Shown here: piece after piece, positions 39,301 through 47,100 of the stretch
Layout: the number at the start of each line of letters is the position of its first letter
Numbering within the stretch: position 1 is the stretch's first letter
NCBI GenBank assembly: GCA_021785435.1
Contig: JAJYFE010000002.1
Location: forward strand, 7,978-71,977
Direction: 5' to 3'
Length of the DNA: 64,000 nt
Source of the DNA: Planctomycetota bacterium
GTDB lineage: Bacteria > Planctomycetota > Phycisphaerae > WQYP01
The notes under the pieces: model-generated
Seen by the model: only the letters and a program-made list of their open reading frames with translations
Databases searched by the model: none
Told to the model about the DNA's origin: nothing
Made by a program: the position numbers and the translations under genes

Positions 39301-40075
39301 GGCCGTTCTGGAAGACCAGGGTGTTGCCGACGCCGCTGCCGCTGGATCCAGTGCCGTTGACGATGGAACCGCTAAGCGTCAGCGTGTTGCCGGAACCACC
39401 GGCATCGATGATGTTGACGGTCGTGCCCGAGGTGTCGGTGATGTTGATGCCGGTGATAATGCCGCTGGTGCTGGTGCCGGCCGTAAGGTCCAGTGTCCCG
39501 CCACCGGTGAACTGAAGGCTGACGGGAATCGCGGGGCTGGCGTTTTGAAACATGCTTAACGTGTCGTAAGAAACGCTGACCGGACTGTTGCTGCTGTTAA
39601 CAGCGATACCATATTGCACGGTGGTTGTGCTTGGATTGGCGGTCGAGCTTTGGTAGGTGCCACTACTATTTATCCATCCAAGCACCAGGTCGGTCGCATC
39701 TTTTGAAGTATCATAGATATTACCGAGGTCCCAGGTGCCGGCGGTGACGATCTGCGGTGAAGTGGGCGAGGATGCCTCTTCGCCTACGCCGGTAGTCGTA
39801 GCCCCGGTCGACTCCCAGGTCATTGGAAATTGTTTCTGCACCGGGCCTTCATAGCCCGCCGGGATCACCAAGCCCGCGTCTGTGCTTGAGAACACGGAGT
39901 ACCCCTGCATCTGGGTGCCATTGCCAACCAAACTTAGGTCACCGCTGGCAATATCCACCTCTATGGTCATATCGCTCGATGACGGTGGCAGCGTGAACGC
40001 CATCGCGGGCAGGGATAGGGAACCAACGGCGGCCATCGCGGCCAACAGGCACAGTCTCTTCTGGGTACGTTTCAT
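33389..40075 (-). CDS. Giant type Va autotransporter: signal peptide, passenger with many autotransporter-associated beta-strand (PATR) repeats, C-terminal 12-strand beta-barrel translocator
   Basis: Signal peptide MKRTQKRLCLLAAMAAVGSLSLPAMA, start ATG at 40075. Dozens of LTLSGANTYTGTTTISAGTLAL repeats with ~516-bp periodicity in the DNA. Autotransporter barrel (GVDYNLASHLVVGAMFAYNYTG ... LNYEAQVGQ). Confidence 0.85.
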   Translation of the reverse strand: MKRTQKRLCLLAAMAAVGSLSLPAMAFTLPPSSSDMTIEVDIASGDLSLVGNGTQMQGYSVFSSTDAGLVIPAGYEGPVQKQFPMTWESTGATTTGVGEEASSPTSPQIVTAGTWDLGNIYDTSKDATDLVLGWINSSGTYQSSTANPSTTTVQYGIAVNSSNSPVSVSYDTLSMFQNASPAIPVSLQFTGGGTLDLTAGTSTSGIITGINITDTSGTTVNIIDAGGSGNTLTLSGSIVNGTGSSGSGVGNTLVFQNGHFVLSGADFGGVTAGTMQIGGGADTPATLQVGGNNVANGQPKSAVIFQLDNGTLSFAGGSGGAGSPRSNPWTLLSGTGVTNTIDVGNESSQELDGVISGGGGLTVASSTAGGTLILNPQSGGNPAANTYAGTTTIEAGATLELEGDISQLGGGIVDNSALIFELTANTSFSHAISGSGAVTITGAHTLTLGSDANTYSGGTTLEGGVTVDLETTSGPDLGTGPLTLAGATVVNASGTSFSSNTAITVTGSTTNTIDAGGFGTTITWTGTVSSAAAGNTLILQDGGFVDNGSFTGFTAGTIQTGNGTLATAATFTAGPKANGFIGAGATIALDDGTFVNETGIGLGVPNNITISGANNFIDAGGQTLTLSGSVTSSGAGNILVLTDGTFVDNGANFTGVTAGTLQIGGGASTPTTFQVGSGGGQPTSNVLFYLDNGTIDFGDNNSGSGSSLANNWYLFNGTGVTNTINVGTGTVFTLSGVIADKTSGGALTVTSNDGGGELILSGANTYSGTTTIGNGATLRLEGDTSQLGGGIVDNSALIFAPSAEPPAGNTSFSHVISGGGRVVLDAGTTATTLTLSGTNTYTGGTVVSNGKLVAGSDSAFGTGALTVNSGTTLETTGAQAGSGTTLAVNAASYTQQADSTLALLVGSSTSYDSLRLGSGAASLAGTLDLIFASGANPQAGQNYTVIGTTGPVTGNFSAVHLTNAGSLSYTAAYVADTGEVISLVSTPTLYWTGTVGGTAQADNNGNWDTSSGNTLWSTAQTGGTAQVWANGDIASFGAGGTSAVTVTIDQAGVTAAGITFNAMGTGGSYTIAASGGGSLVLNGAVTMNASATISAPIIGGSVLTVAGPDTLTLEGVNTYTGATAVNSGTLALAYNSGTSTDGSIADSSGVTVGGGATFDISRINAAGTSITSLAGGGTVTLGAKNLTLTDASGTFSGIIQNGASGNGGVVLNSGAETLSGANTYTGATTLSAGTLALSGAGGVADSSGVVLSSGATFDISQVTTGATILGLTGPGGTVALGGETLTVNVASGANTFGGVIQDGGIGSGTGGGLTLSGAGTLTLTGANTYTGTTTISAGTLALGSGGSIADSSVALSSGGTLDISQTTSGATIPGLTGTGGTVALGGKALTINIASGSDTFGGAIQDGGIGSGAGGSLVLGGNGTLILSGANTYTGTTTISGGTLEFTASTAELTGNVTDNTALIFAQAASSGLSGAISGSGGVAENGAADTTLTFSVTETYTGATSVASGTLALSGAGSIADSSGVALSGGAAFDISQTTSGATILGLTGAGGTVALGGKALTINISSGANTFAGVVQDGGIGSGTGGSLILSGGGTLALSSANTYSGGTTLTNASVVQVGQSSSLGSGGVTIKGDGGGTIQFGAASLNVANNLTLSSSGTIDANGFGGVAAETYSGAITGGGGLTVASSRPGGELILPNANSYVGGTTIDSGAAIDVGNSSALGTGDVILNSGAVLASINAVPANINNSTGIAINVGGNYTMGANSTLVLAIAGPSTDTGSYDTLNVAGTANLPNGNLLVQFNHGYSPAALDKYTVVTAASVTGPFANARSTDPLYTLTQTATSTTDTIEVLPIKPELTEEAAADMGNTSVETGIFTSETIFQEIGDIFNGVTGFNASGLSLLHTPDADPFTTALNAAMKSTSQQARDSVRDLDVFNPGVAAGGGAVPVPSSESRKNTLSGFVTGDIIVADTGEVAHYTTGGVIAGVDYNLASHLVVGAMFAYNYTGAKLDNIGSALRDNAYSPGVYFGVRKSHFYLNGLASYTYNDYRLHRNVTAATASSSPYGHQFDLDALAGYNFHFFRGFKAGPAVGLGYTHLNVSGYTETGAPAQDLTIAPMSVDSLRSLLGAQLAYAWRLRPTAPAVNFTGNAFWQHEYLNGSRAINAFFPGGVPFAISTPAPERDSALLGAGVSGNLAKNMTLFLNYEAQVGQEHQMAQSVMAGVAIALK

Positions 40076-40258
40076 GGCACTTTCCCTTTCATATAATGGG
40101 GCATGATAATCCTCATCGTTGCCACCTGGCCAATAGCGTCTGCGCCCGAACCGAATACGCCTTTGACCGCAAAAAATTTCCCCTGTTTCGCGCCAGAAAA
40201 AGCTGGAGCGCATAATAACCAGGCCGACCAAGGCTGTCCACACATTACAGTTCACTCC

Positions 40259-43200
40259 TCACGCGGCCAACAGCGCCCCGGATATCAACGGCGGCTGCAG
40301 CGGATTGGCCAAAAGCCCTGTTGGGCCAATGATCGCCGGAGGTAGGGCAAATTCACTGTTGTCCGCGGTTGGCGCTGTGCCGCCCGCGAAGCTTGCTTCA
40401 GATGCGGCGCCGAATATCGATCCGCCGACAGTGACGGATGGCGTCAAATTGCCGGTGGGGCCCACGCCACCGGTGCACGGCGCAGCGGGCGTCAACGTGC
40501 CAGTGTTATTCAGCGTCAATGTCTCGCCGGTATTCAGGCTCGGCGCGCTATCGAGTGTCGCCGTCAAGGTCAGGACCGCGCCACCGCCCGCGCCGCCCGG
40601 GGTCAAGCCGGCGCCACCGGGCGTGGTGGCGCCGGACAAAATGGCGTCGATGGCCGGCGACTGCGTGGTGGCGCTCAACGCCTTACCATAGTGGTCACGC
40701 ACCGCCGTGAAGTCTTGCAGATTCACGACACCGCTGTAGCCGAAGTTGCCGTGGTCCCAGCCCTGATTCGCCTGGCCGTAATGATCCCGCACCGCGGTGA
40801 AATCCGGCAAGGTCACGAGGCCGTCCAGGTTGGCATCGCCCGGCAGGGTGGCCATGATTTTCTCCTGGCCCGCGCTTAAGCCGTTGACAACGCCATCGGC
40901 GCCGTTGGCGTAGCCTACGCTATAGCCGCTCGGCGCGGTGATGGCGCCACTGGCGATGTAGCCCTGGATCGTGGTATTGGGGTTTGTCCCGCTGCCATAG
41001 GTGATGATCACGCCGTTGCCAACAGCAGTGTTATCCAGATTCAGCGTCGCCCCGCCGGCGATCGTCAAACCGGACGTGCCGTCCAATGTGCCGCCGGAGC
41101 CGACAATCAGCGCACCGGCGTTGATGGTTGTCAGACCGGTGAAAGTGTCGCTGTTTTCAAGGGTCAACGCCCCGCCGCCGGTGACGGTCAAACCGCCGTT
41201 GCCGGTGATGGCGCCGGTCGCGAGGCTAGCCAACAGATTGGTGTTGACCGTGCCGCCGCCGCTGTTGAGCGTCAGGGCGTTACCGATGGTCAGGCTGCCG
41301 CCGCTGTTGTTTTCCAATGTGCCGCCGTCGAGGGTGATCCCGCCACCGGGCAGGGCGTTGCCCGAGTCGGCCAGCAGGGTCGAAGAACCGGCGGTATCGC
41401 TTAATTCCAGCGTGCCCGCAAAACCCGCATTGTTGCCGGAAAGCTCGACGTTGCCGTCGGTCAGTTGCAGTGTGGCTGCCGCTGGACCGTCGATGTCGCC
41501 GGTGAATTGGAGCGTATATGCACCGCTGAAACCGCCGGAGTCGATTATATTCGAAGTTCCCGATACCGCCAGAACATTACCAATGCTCACTGTGGATGCC
41601 GTGGAACCGGTGTAAGCCAGGTCGCCATTATTCAAAGTGATCGTGGCGCCGGGAGCGGGCAAACTCGCGGGGCTGGCGAACTGCAGTGTGGCCGCCGCCA
41701 AAGGCCCACCAACCTGCAACGTGCCGAGGGTGAAATCGCCCGTGCCATTGTTGGTGCCGCTGAAATTGACTGCACCATTTTCAATCGTCAACGTCTGGCC
41801 GGTCGTATCGGTGACCGTTCCGGAATACGTCACAGGGTTACTGGCGGTGGCCCCGCCGGCATTGATGATACCGTTAGCCTGAAGGGTGAGGTTATTCGCA
41901 GAGCTTAGACCGGAGGCATATTGCAGGGTGCCGCCACCAAGACCAACGGTAATGGCGGCGCTGGCTGGCAACAGCGCGGGTGCCGTGGTGAAATCGACCG
42001 TGGCGCCATTCTCAAGCGTCAGACCGCCGGTTAGCTGCGAATCATCACCGCTTAGCGTGAGCGTATGAGGGCCAGAGACAACCAACGGCCCGCTGGCGAT
42101 GATCGGGGCACTGATGGTGGCGTTATTGTCGAGCGTGATGGTGCCGCTAAGGGTCAAAGGATCGCTGCTGGTGCCGGAAATTGTGTAAGAATCGCCGCTG
42201 CCCATGCTGTTGAAGATCAGGCCACCGGCGGAAACCTGGCCGCCACTGTCATCAATAGTGATTGTGTACGATCCGCTGCCGCCGTTGCCGATGGAAGCAA
42301 CATCGCCGCTGGTCCAGGCCGTGGTGCCGCTGCCCCAGCTGGCGGCGCTCGCGCTCCAGGTGCCGTCGCCATCAACGCCGGTGCCCTTTGGATCCCAAGT
42401 TAACGCCGTTGGCCCCGCGGTAGGCGTCAACAAAAACGCCTCGGTTTTGCCGCCGCGAACGGCCCCGAACCCTACGATGTCTCCGTTGGAATTAATGCCC
42501 GTGGATTCCTCAAGCGCCCAGCCCGGATTGTTCAGAATCAATGAAGCCAGTGGTGTCATGGTTCCATTGGCGTAGATGAAGGCCTGGCTGTCACCAAGCG
42601 AGTCCGAACGGTAGTAGCCCACAATGACGCCTGAATTGTTGATCGCCAAGGGGTACGTGCCGAAGCCATCGACGTCGCCTAAGTCATGCATCGTGCCATC
42701 GTAGAAGAAAGCATGGTCATCGCCGCCGGTGGTGGCGGGAGAGAAGCCAACCACGTCGCCGGAATCATTGACCGCGGTAGCAGTGCTGGCGTTGCCGCCC
42801 AGCGTACCAAGATCCTGCATTTCAGGATTGCCGGAGACACCGCTGGTCCCACCGTTGGTCCACAGGAACGCGTGGGATGGATTCCCCGTGCCGGAGGTCG
42901 TTGAACTGCCAACGATATAGGTACCGTTCGGGCTGATTCCGCTGGCATAGCTTGCTGATCCACCCAGCGTGCCCAAATCCGTCATGCTGTTGTTTGACAC
43001 GGTCGGGTTGGGGAAGAGGAACGCATGGTATGCGTCGGCGTTGGTGCCGCTGGTGCCGACTACGTCTCCAGCGGTGTCAATGCCCGCACCGTAGCTGACT
43101 GGAAGACCCAGCGAGCCGCTCAGTGAGCCTAGAGCCACCGTGAGTCCGCCGGTGTCTGCGGTGCCGCTGCCGCCCGAATAAAGGAACGCATTGTAATTTT

Positions 43201-43741
43201 GCCCGGCGGTTTGGCCGGAGCCGGCGATCTGGCCGCTGGCGTTAATGGCGAGCGCCGACCAGTTGGAACTGCCCGGGAACGGCACGGGGCTATATTGGTT
43301 GCCGGAATACACGAACCCCTGGTTGTAGGAGGAAGTTGAGGTCTCAAAAGTCGCGTAACCCACGATCTGGTTGGAGTCGTTCATCCCGGTGGCGAACGTG
43401 GCCGAGGCGTCGGAAGGAATGCCCAAGCCCTGAATCGTATAATAAGTTGGCACGGATGGAGCATCAGTGCCGGCCTGTTGCGACCCGGCCGTCAACGGCA
43501 TCACAACCGACGCGGATGTCGGCGGGTTATTCGCCAACAGGCCAGCGGCGGCCCCGGCCGATGCGCTCAGGAGCACGCGCGGCTCCAGCGCTTCAAGACG
43601 TGGGCCGCGCCGTGCCACGCGGCGATGCTTGGCGGCCCTGCGGCGGCTGCGCCTCCGTAATACGCTGTCCAAATTGTGCAAAAAGATAAGGAAGGGCACC
43701 GCCGCACTCCCTAAATTCGAGCACCGCTCGCTGGAATCCAC
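40259..43741 (-). CDS. Giant secreted protein: Arg-rich N-terminus with a LEALEPRVLLSA motif, beta-strand repeat passenger-like region, two dockerin-like Ca-binding repeats
   Basis: N-terminus RRRSRRRAAKHRRVARRGPRLEALEPRVLLSASAG. Dockerin-like DANLDGLVTLPDFTAVRDHYG and VVNLQDFTAVRDHYG. PATR-like GxxTLTLSG repeats. Confidence 0.7.
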   Translation of the reverse strand: MDSSERCSNLGSAAVPFLIFLHNLDSVLRRRSRRRAAKHRRVARRGPRLEALEPRVLLSASAGAAAGLLANNPPTSASVVMPLTAGSQQAGTDAPSVPTYYTIQGLGIPSDASATFATGMNDSNQIVGYATFETSTSSYNQGFVYSGNQYSPVPFPGSSNWSALAINASGQIAGSGQTAGQNYNAFLYSGGSGTADTGGLTVALGSLSGSLGLPVSYGAGIDTAGDVVGTSGTNADAYHAFLFPNPTVSNNSMTDLGTLGGSASYASGISPNGTYIVGSSTTSGTGNPSHAFLWTNGGTSGVSGNPEMQDLGTLGGNASTATAVNDSGDVVGFSPATTGGDDHAFFYDGTMHDLGDVDGFGTYPLAINNSGVIVGYYRSDSLGDSQAFIYANGTMTPLASLILNNPGWALEESTGINSNGDIVGFGAVRGGKTEAFLLTPTAGPTALTWDPKGTGVDGDGTWSASAASWGSGTTAWTSGDVASIGNGGSGSYTITIDDSGGQVSAGGLIFNSMGSGDSYTISGTSSDPLTLSGTITLDNNATISAPIIASGPLVVSGPHTLTLSGDDSQLTGGLTLENGATVDFTTAPALLPASAAITVGLGGGTLQYASGLSSANNLTLQANGIINAGGATASNPVTYSGTVTDTTGQTLTIENGAVNFSGTNNGTGDFTLGTLQVGGPLAAATLQFASPASLPAPGATITLNNGDLAYTGSTASTVSIGNVLAVSGTSNIIDSGGFSGAYTLQFTGDIDGPAAATLQLTDGNVELSGNNAGFAGTLELSDTAGSSTLLADSGNALPGGGITLDGGTLENNSGGSLTIGNALTLNSGGGTVNTNLLASLATGAITGNGGLTVTGGGALTLENSDTFTGLTTINAGALIVGSGGTLDGTSGLTIAGGATLNLDNTAVGNGVIITYGSGTNPNTTIQGYIASGAITAPSGYSVGYANGADGVVNGLSAGQEKIMATLPGDANLDGLVTLPDFTAVRDHYGQANQGWDHGNFGYSGVVNLQDFTAVRDHYGKALSATTQSPAIDAILSGATTPGGAGLTPGGAGGGAVLTLTATLDSAPSLNTGETLTLNNTGTLTPAAPCTGGVGPTGNLTPSVTVGGSIFGAASEASFAGGTAPTADNSEFALPPAIIGPTGLLANPLQPPLISGALLAA

Positions 43742-44102
43742 CGGGTAATCAGCCAGACGCCAACAAAGTCACCTGGCGCAGCGCCATTGACCCTGTGGCG
43801 ACAGGATCAAACCGCCGCGTGTGCCCAAAAACCGCCTCTTGCCCCGAAAATCCAGACCGCCATGCCCGTTGGCCTGCCCATGCATCGCGGCACGAGGCGG
43901 CGCGCCGAGTCGCAGCAACTCTACTCCGTCTTTCCCTCCCATACGAAATACAACAACCGGTTGAAAGAGTTACGGCAGATGAATAACCCGGCAACCGGAT
44001 TGCAACACAAAGAACGACTGCATTGTCGGACCCCCAAGATATCTGTCAAGCCACCAATCATGATGGCAGCAACCCGGCGTCTGCGTTCAACCGGGCGCCC
44101 CC

Positions 44103-47100
44103 TCAAAGCGGCCTCGCCTCTAACGGCAACCTTAAAATATCCGGCGCAAGGCTGGCGTCCAATCCACCCGCTAGCCGGGACGTGGGGCTGGCTCCCGGCG
44201 GAGAAACCGTGCCGAAGCTCGCGGTGGAAATCGGCCCGCCGGAGAAATCCCCCGCTGGCAGGATCCAATATGCGCTACCGCCGAACGACGCGACGACCCG
44301 GACGGCGCCCGAGGTCGTCGAACGGGCCAGCGCCGAGCCGATCGCCGAATCGAAGGCAAGCGCACTACCGTTGCCCGCAACCCCGGCCCCGGCGCGACCA
44401 AGCGGGACCCCTACCTGTGCGGCGGGCCCGTAGCCGCTATTCAATGAGCCAGCGTGTGTCCGGCTCGTGCCCTGGCTGCTCTGCGGGACCGCGGTCGCGC
44501 TAACCACACCCGGTACCAGGAGGTTCGCTATCGGGCTGCCCAAGCCGGTGACCAAGTCGTACCCGGGGCCAGCGTAGTAGCCGTTATAGCCGCTGGTAAT
44601 GTCGTGGAAATCCGTGCTTGGGAGATTATAAAGTGCAGATAGGGTCTGGCCCGAAGAGAGAGAGCCGTCACCCAAAGACGCCCGGCCCTGGTCGACGAGC
44701 GCTACCAGGCCAGCCCACATGGGACAAGCCAGGCTCGTACCGCCCTCCTCTCTATTTATCCACGGTGCCGCTGATCCATAGTCGTAGGAGTCATAGATCG
44801 GCACGCCAGTGGCTGGATCGGCGTCCATCGAGACATCGGGCGTGGTTCGGTACCCAGAACCTAGCCCGTTGGTCTTGCCGCTCTGGTAGGCTGGCTGCGG
44901 TTCGCTTTGGCTGATCCCGCCACCCCCGGCGATCGCTGGATTCCACGAGTCGCTTCCCAGGCTCCAGCCCACCTCGCCACCCCAACTATACCCGCCGCTG
45001 CCATTCGCGTTGACAGTGAGCGTCGTTCCCCCGACCGCGACCACATTGGGCGAATAAGCTGGGTAATTGCCGGGCGCTCCCTGGTCCCCCGTCGAAGCGA
45101 GGAACGTGACTCCACCCGCCAAGCCGGAGCCGCCCGTGTGCCCGGGAGGCGTCACCAGAAGTTTATCGTAACTCGGTTCATATGACCACCACAAGGTCGT
45201 CAGGTCCGACTCAGGCTCGCCCCAGCTCATGGAAACCGCGACGACCCCATTCAACGATGCCGCGGTCTGCACGGCGGTATAAAGGTCGCCAGCAGAGCTA
45301 TTCGCCTCGACGAGCACGATATTGGCGTCCGGCGCGATGACGTGCGCCCATTCGACGTCAAGGGATTCCTCGCTGGTCCAGCTACCGCCATCGGACGGCA
45401 ACTCCGATGAACCACCATCCTGGTTGACCACGGAAAGCGTCGGGCCGCCTGCCGTACCGAACTGCGGCAGACCAAATTCAGCGCTAAACGCATTGGCATC
45501 GGCAACAATGTAGGGATCGTTGTACGCATCGACGATAGCGATCGTCTGGCCCTGCCCGTAAGCCGGCGTACCGCCAAAATTAATCGTGCTGGCGCCATAG
45601 GCGCCCAGACCATACGCCTCCCGCATTTGCGTCGGCGTCAGTCCGGACGGCGTGGTGCTGCCTGGGCCCAGAGCGGGGAGTATGGCCGTAGCGACATTCG
45701 AGACTAAACCCGTGCCGGGGTTGCTTACGGTAACTTCAATGGTATCGCCCGGCTGAGCTTGGTAAGGCCAGTCGCCATACGCCCAACCGCTGAACCCCGC
45801 AACCGTTAACTCTGAGTCGGTCCAATTCGTCACCTCCAGGCCAACAGCATCGCCCGTGCCGCCAGCGTGGAAGTCTTGCGTGACATCGTACACGTCGATG
45901 TACGGGCTTGTGCCGTCGAAAGCTGCCTGCGAGCCGAAGCCGCTGCCACTGATCGTGAGGTCATCATTGTAGTACCAGAGAAACTCGGTTGGCGAACCGG
46001 GAGCAACGCCTGATATCGCTGGTGACTGGGCAGCCGAGTAAGCCGCCAGGTACGGTACCAGCAGGTTGGCCTTGGGGGTTCCCAGGCCTGTCTCATCCTG
46101 ATAGCCGTATTTGGCGTACTGGGAGCCGGCGCTGTTGAGGTAGAAGTCGCTCGCGGAGGCGGTGTACAAGGCGGGCAACGTTTGTGCGTTTCCCGTGAGC
46201 GTCGGCAGACCAGCGTCTGCACGCCCCTGATCCGCCAACGCAATCAGACCGGCCCACTGCGGCGCGCCGGCGCTGGTCCCCAGAACGGCCTCCCAGCCGC
46301 TGCTGGTGTAGATAGCGTACGGCTTAGCGCAGTATGACACGTCCGGGGTGGAGCGGTCGGAGGTGTCGGAGAGGCCGTTGGCGCCCTGTTGATAGCTTGG
46401 CTGCGGCTCGTACTGGCTGGTACCCCAAGCAGTGCCCTGATAGGGACCGTTGCCATCGTGCCAGGCGCTCTCACCACCGGATGGATAGTCGCCCGCAGCA
46501 TCCAGCCCACCGGTCGCCGAAGGGCCGTTAAACACCGTGCCGCCGACGGATAAAACATTGCCTGAAGCGGACGGCCAGTTCACCGTGTTCCATTGGTCGC
46601 CGGCGGCGGCGACGAACGTGACACCGCTCGTTGCGAACGCGGAGTCGAGGGATGTTTCCGTCGCACCACCCCAAAGGGAATCGGACGAATTCCATTCCCG
46701 CCACCCGAGGCTCATCGACACAACCGACGGACTAAAGTTCAGCGCGGTTTTCACAGCGTTCGCTAGATCCACAGGGCTATATGCGCCAATCTGAGGGAGG
46801 CCCCGCCAGGTCCAACCGACCCACGCACTGCTGTCTTCCTCCACTACGACGATTTTCGCGGCCGGCGCCACGGCGTGCGCCCACTCAACGTCAAGCACGT
46901 TTTCCAGTCCATCGCCCGAATCGTTGCCGCAGTTTTCAGTGTCGGGATTATACTGGCCGGGCGAAAGCACGTTGCCGTTTTGGTCGGTTACCGTCAGCCA
47001 GGTACTGGCACCACCGTAGGTGCCATACAGGTTATCGCCATTGGCCGCCTTCATGTTGTAGTCAAACGCGTTCACATCTGCGTAAAGGTTTAGATCGTTG

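Noticed and set aside
33875-39559. Numerous 60-230-aa plus-strand ORFs inside the autotransporter gene
   Set aside because: They are reverse-frame readings of the PATR repeats (Pro/Val/Ala-rich). The minus-strand product has signal peptide, repeats and a beta-barrel.
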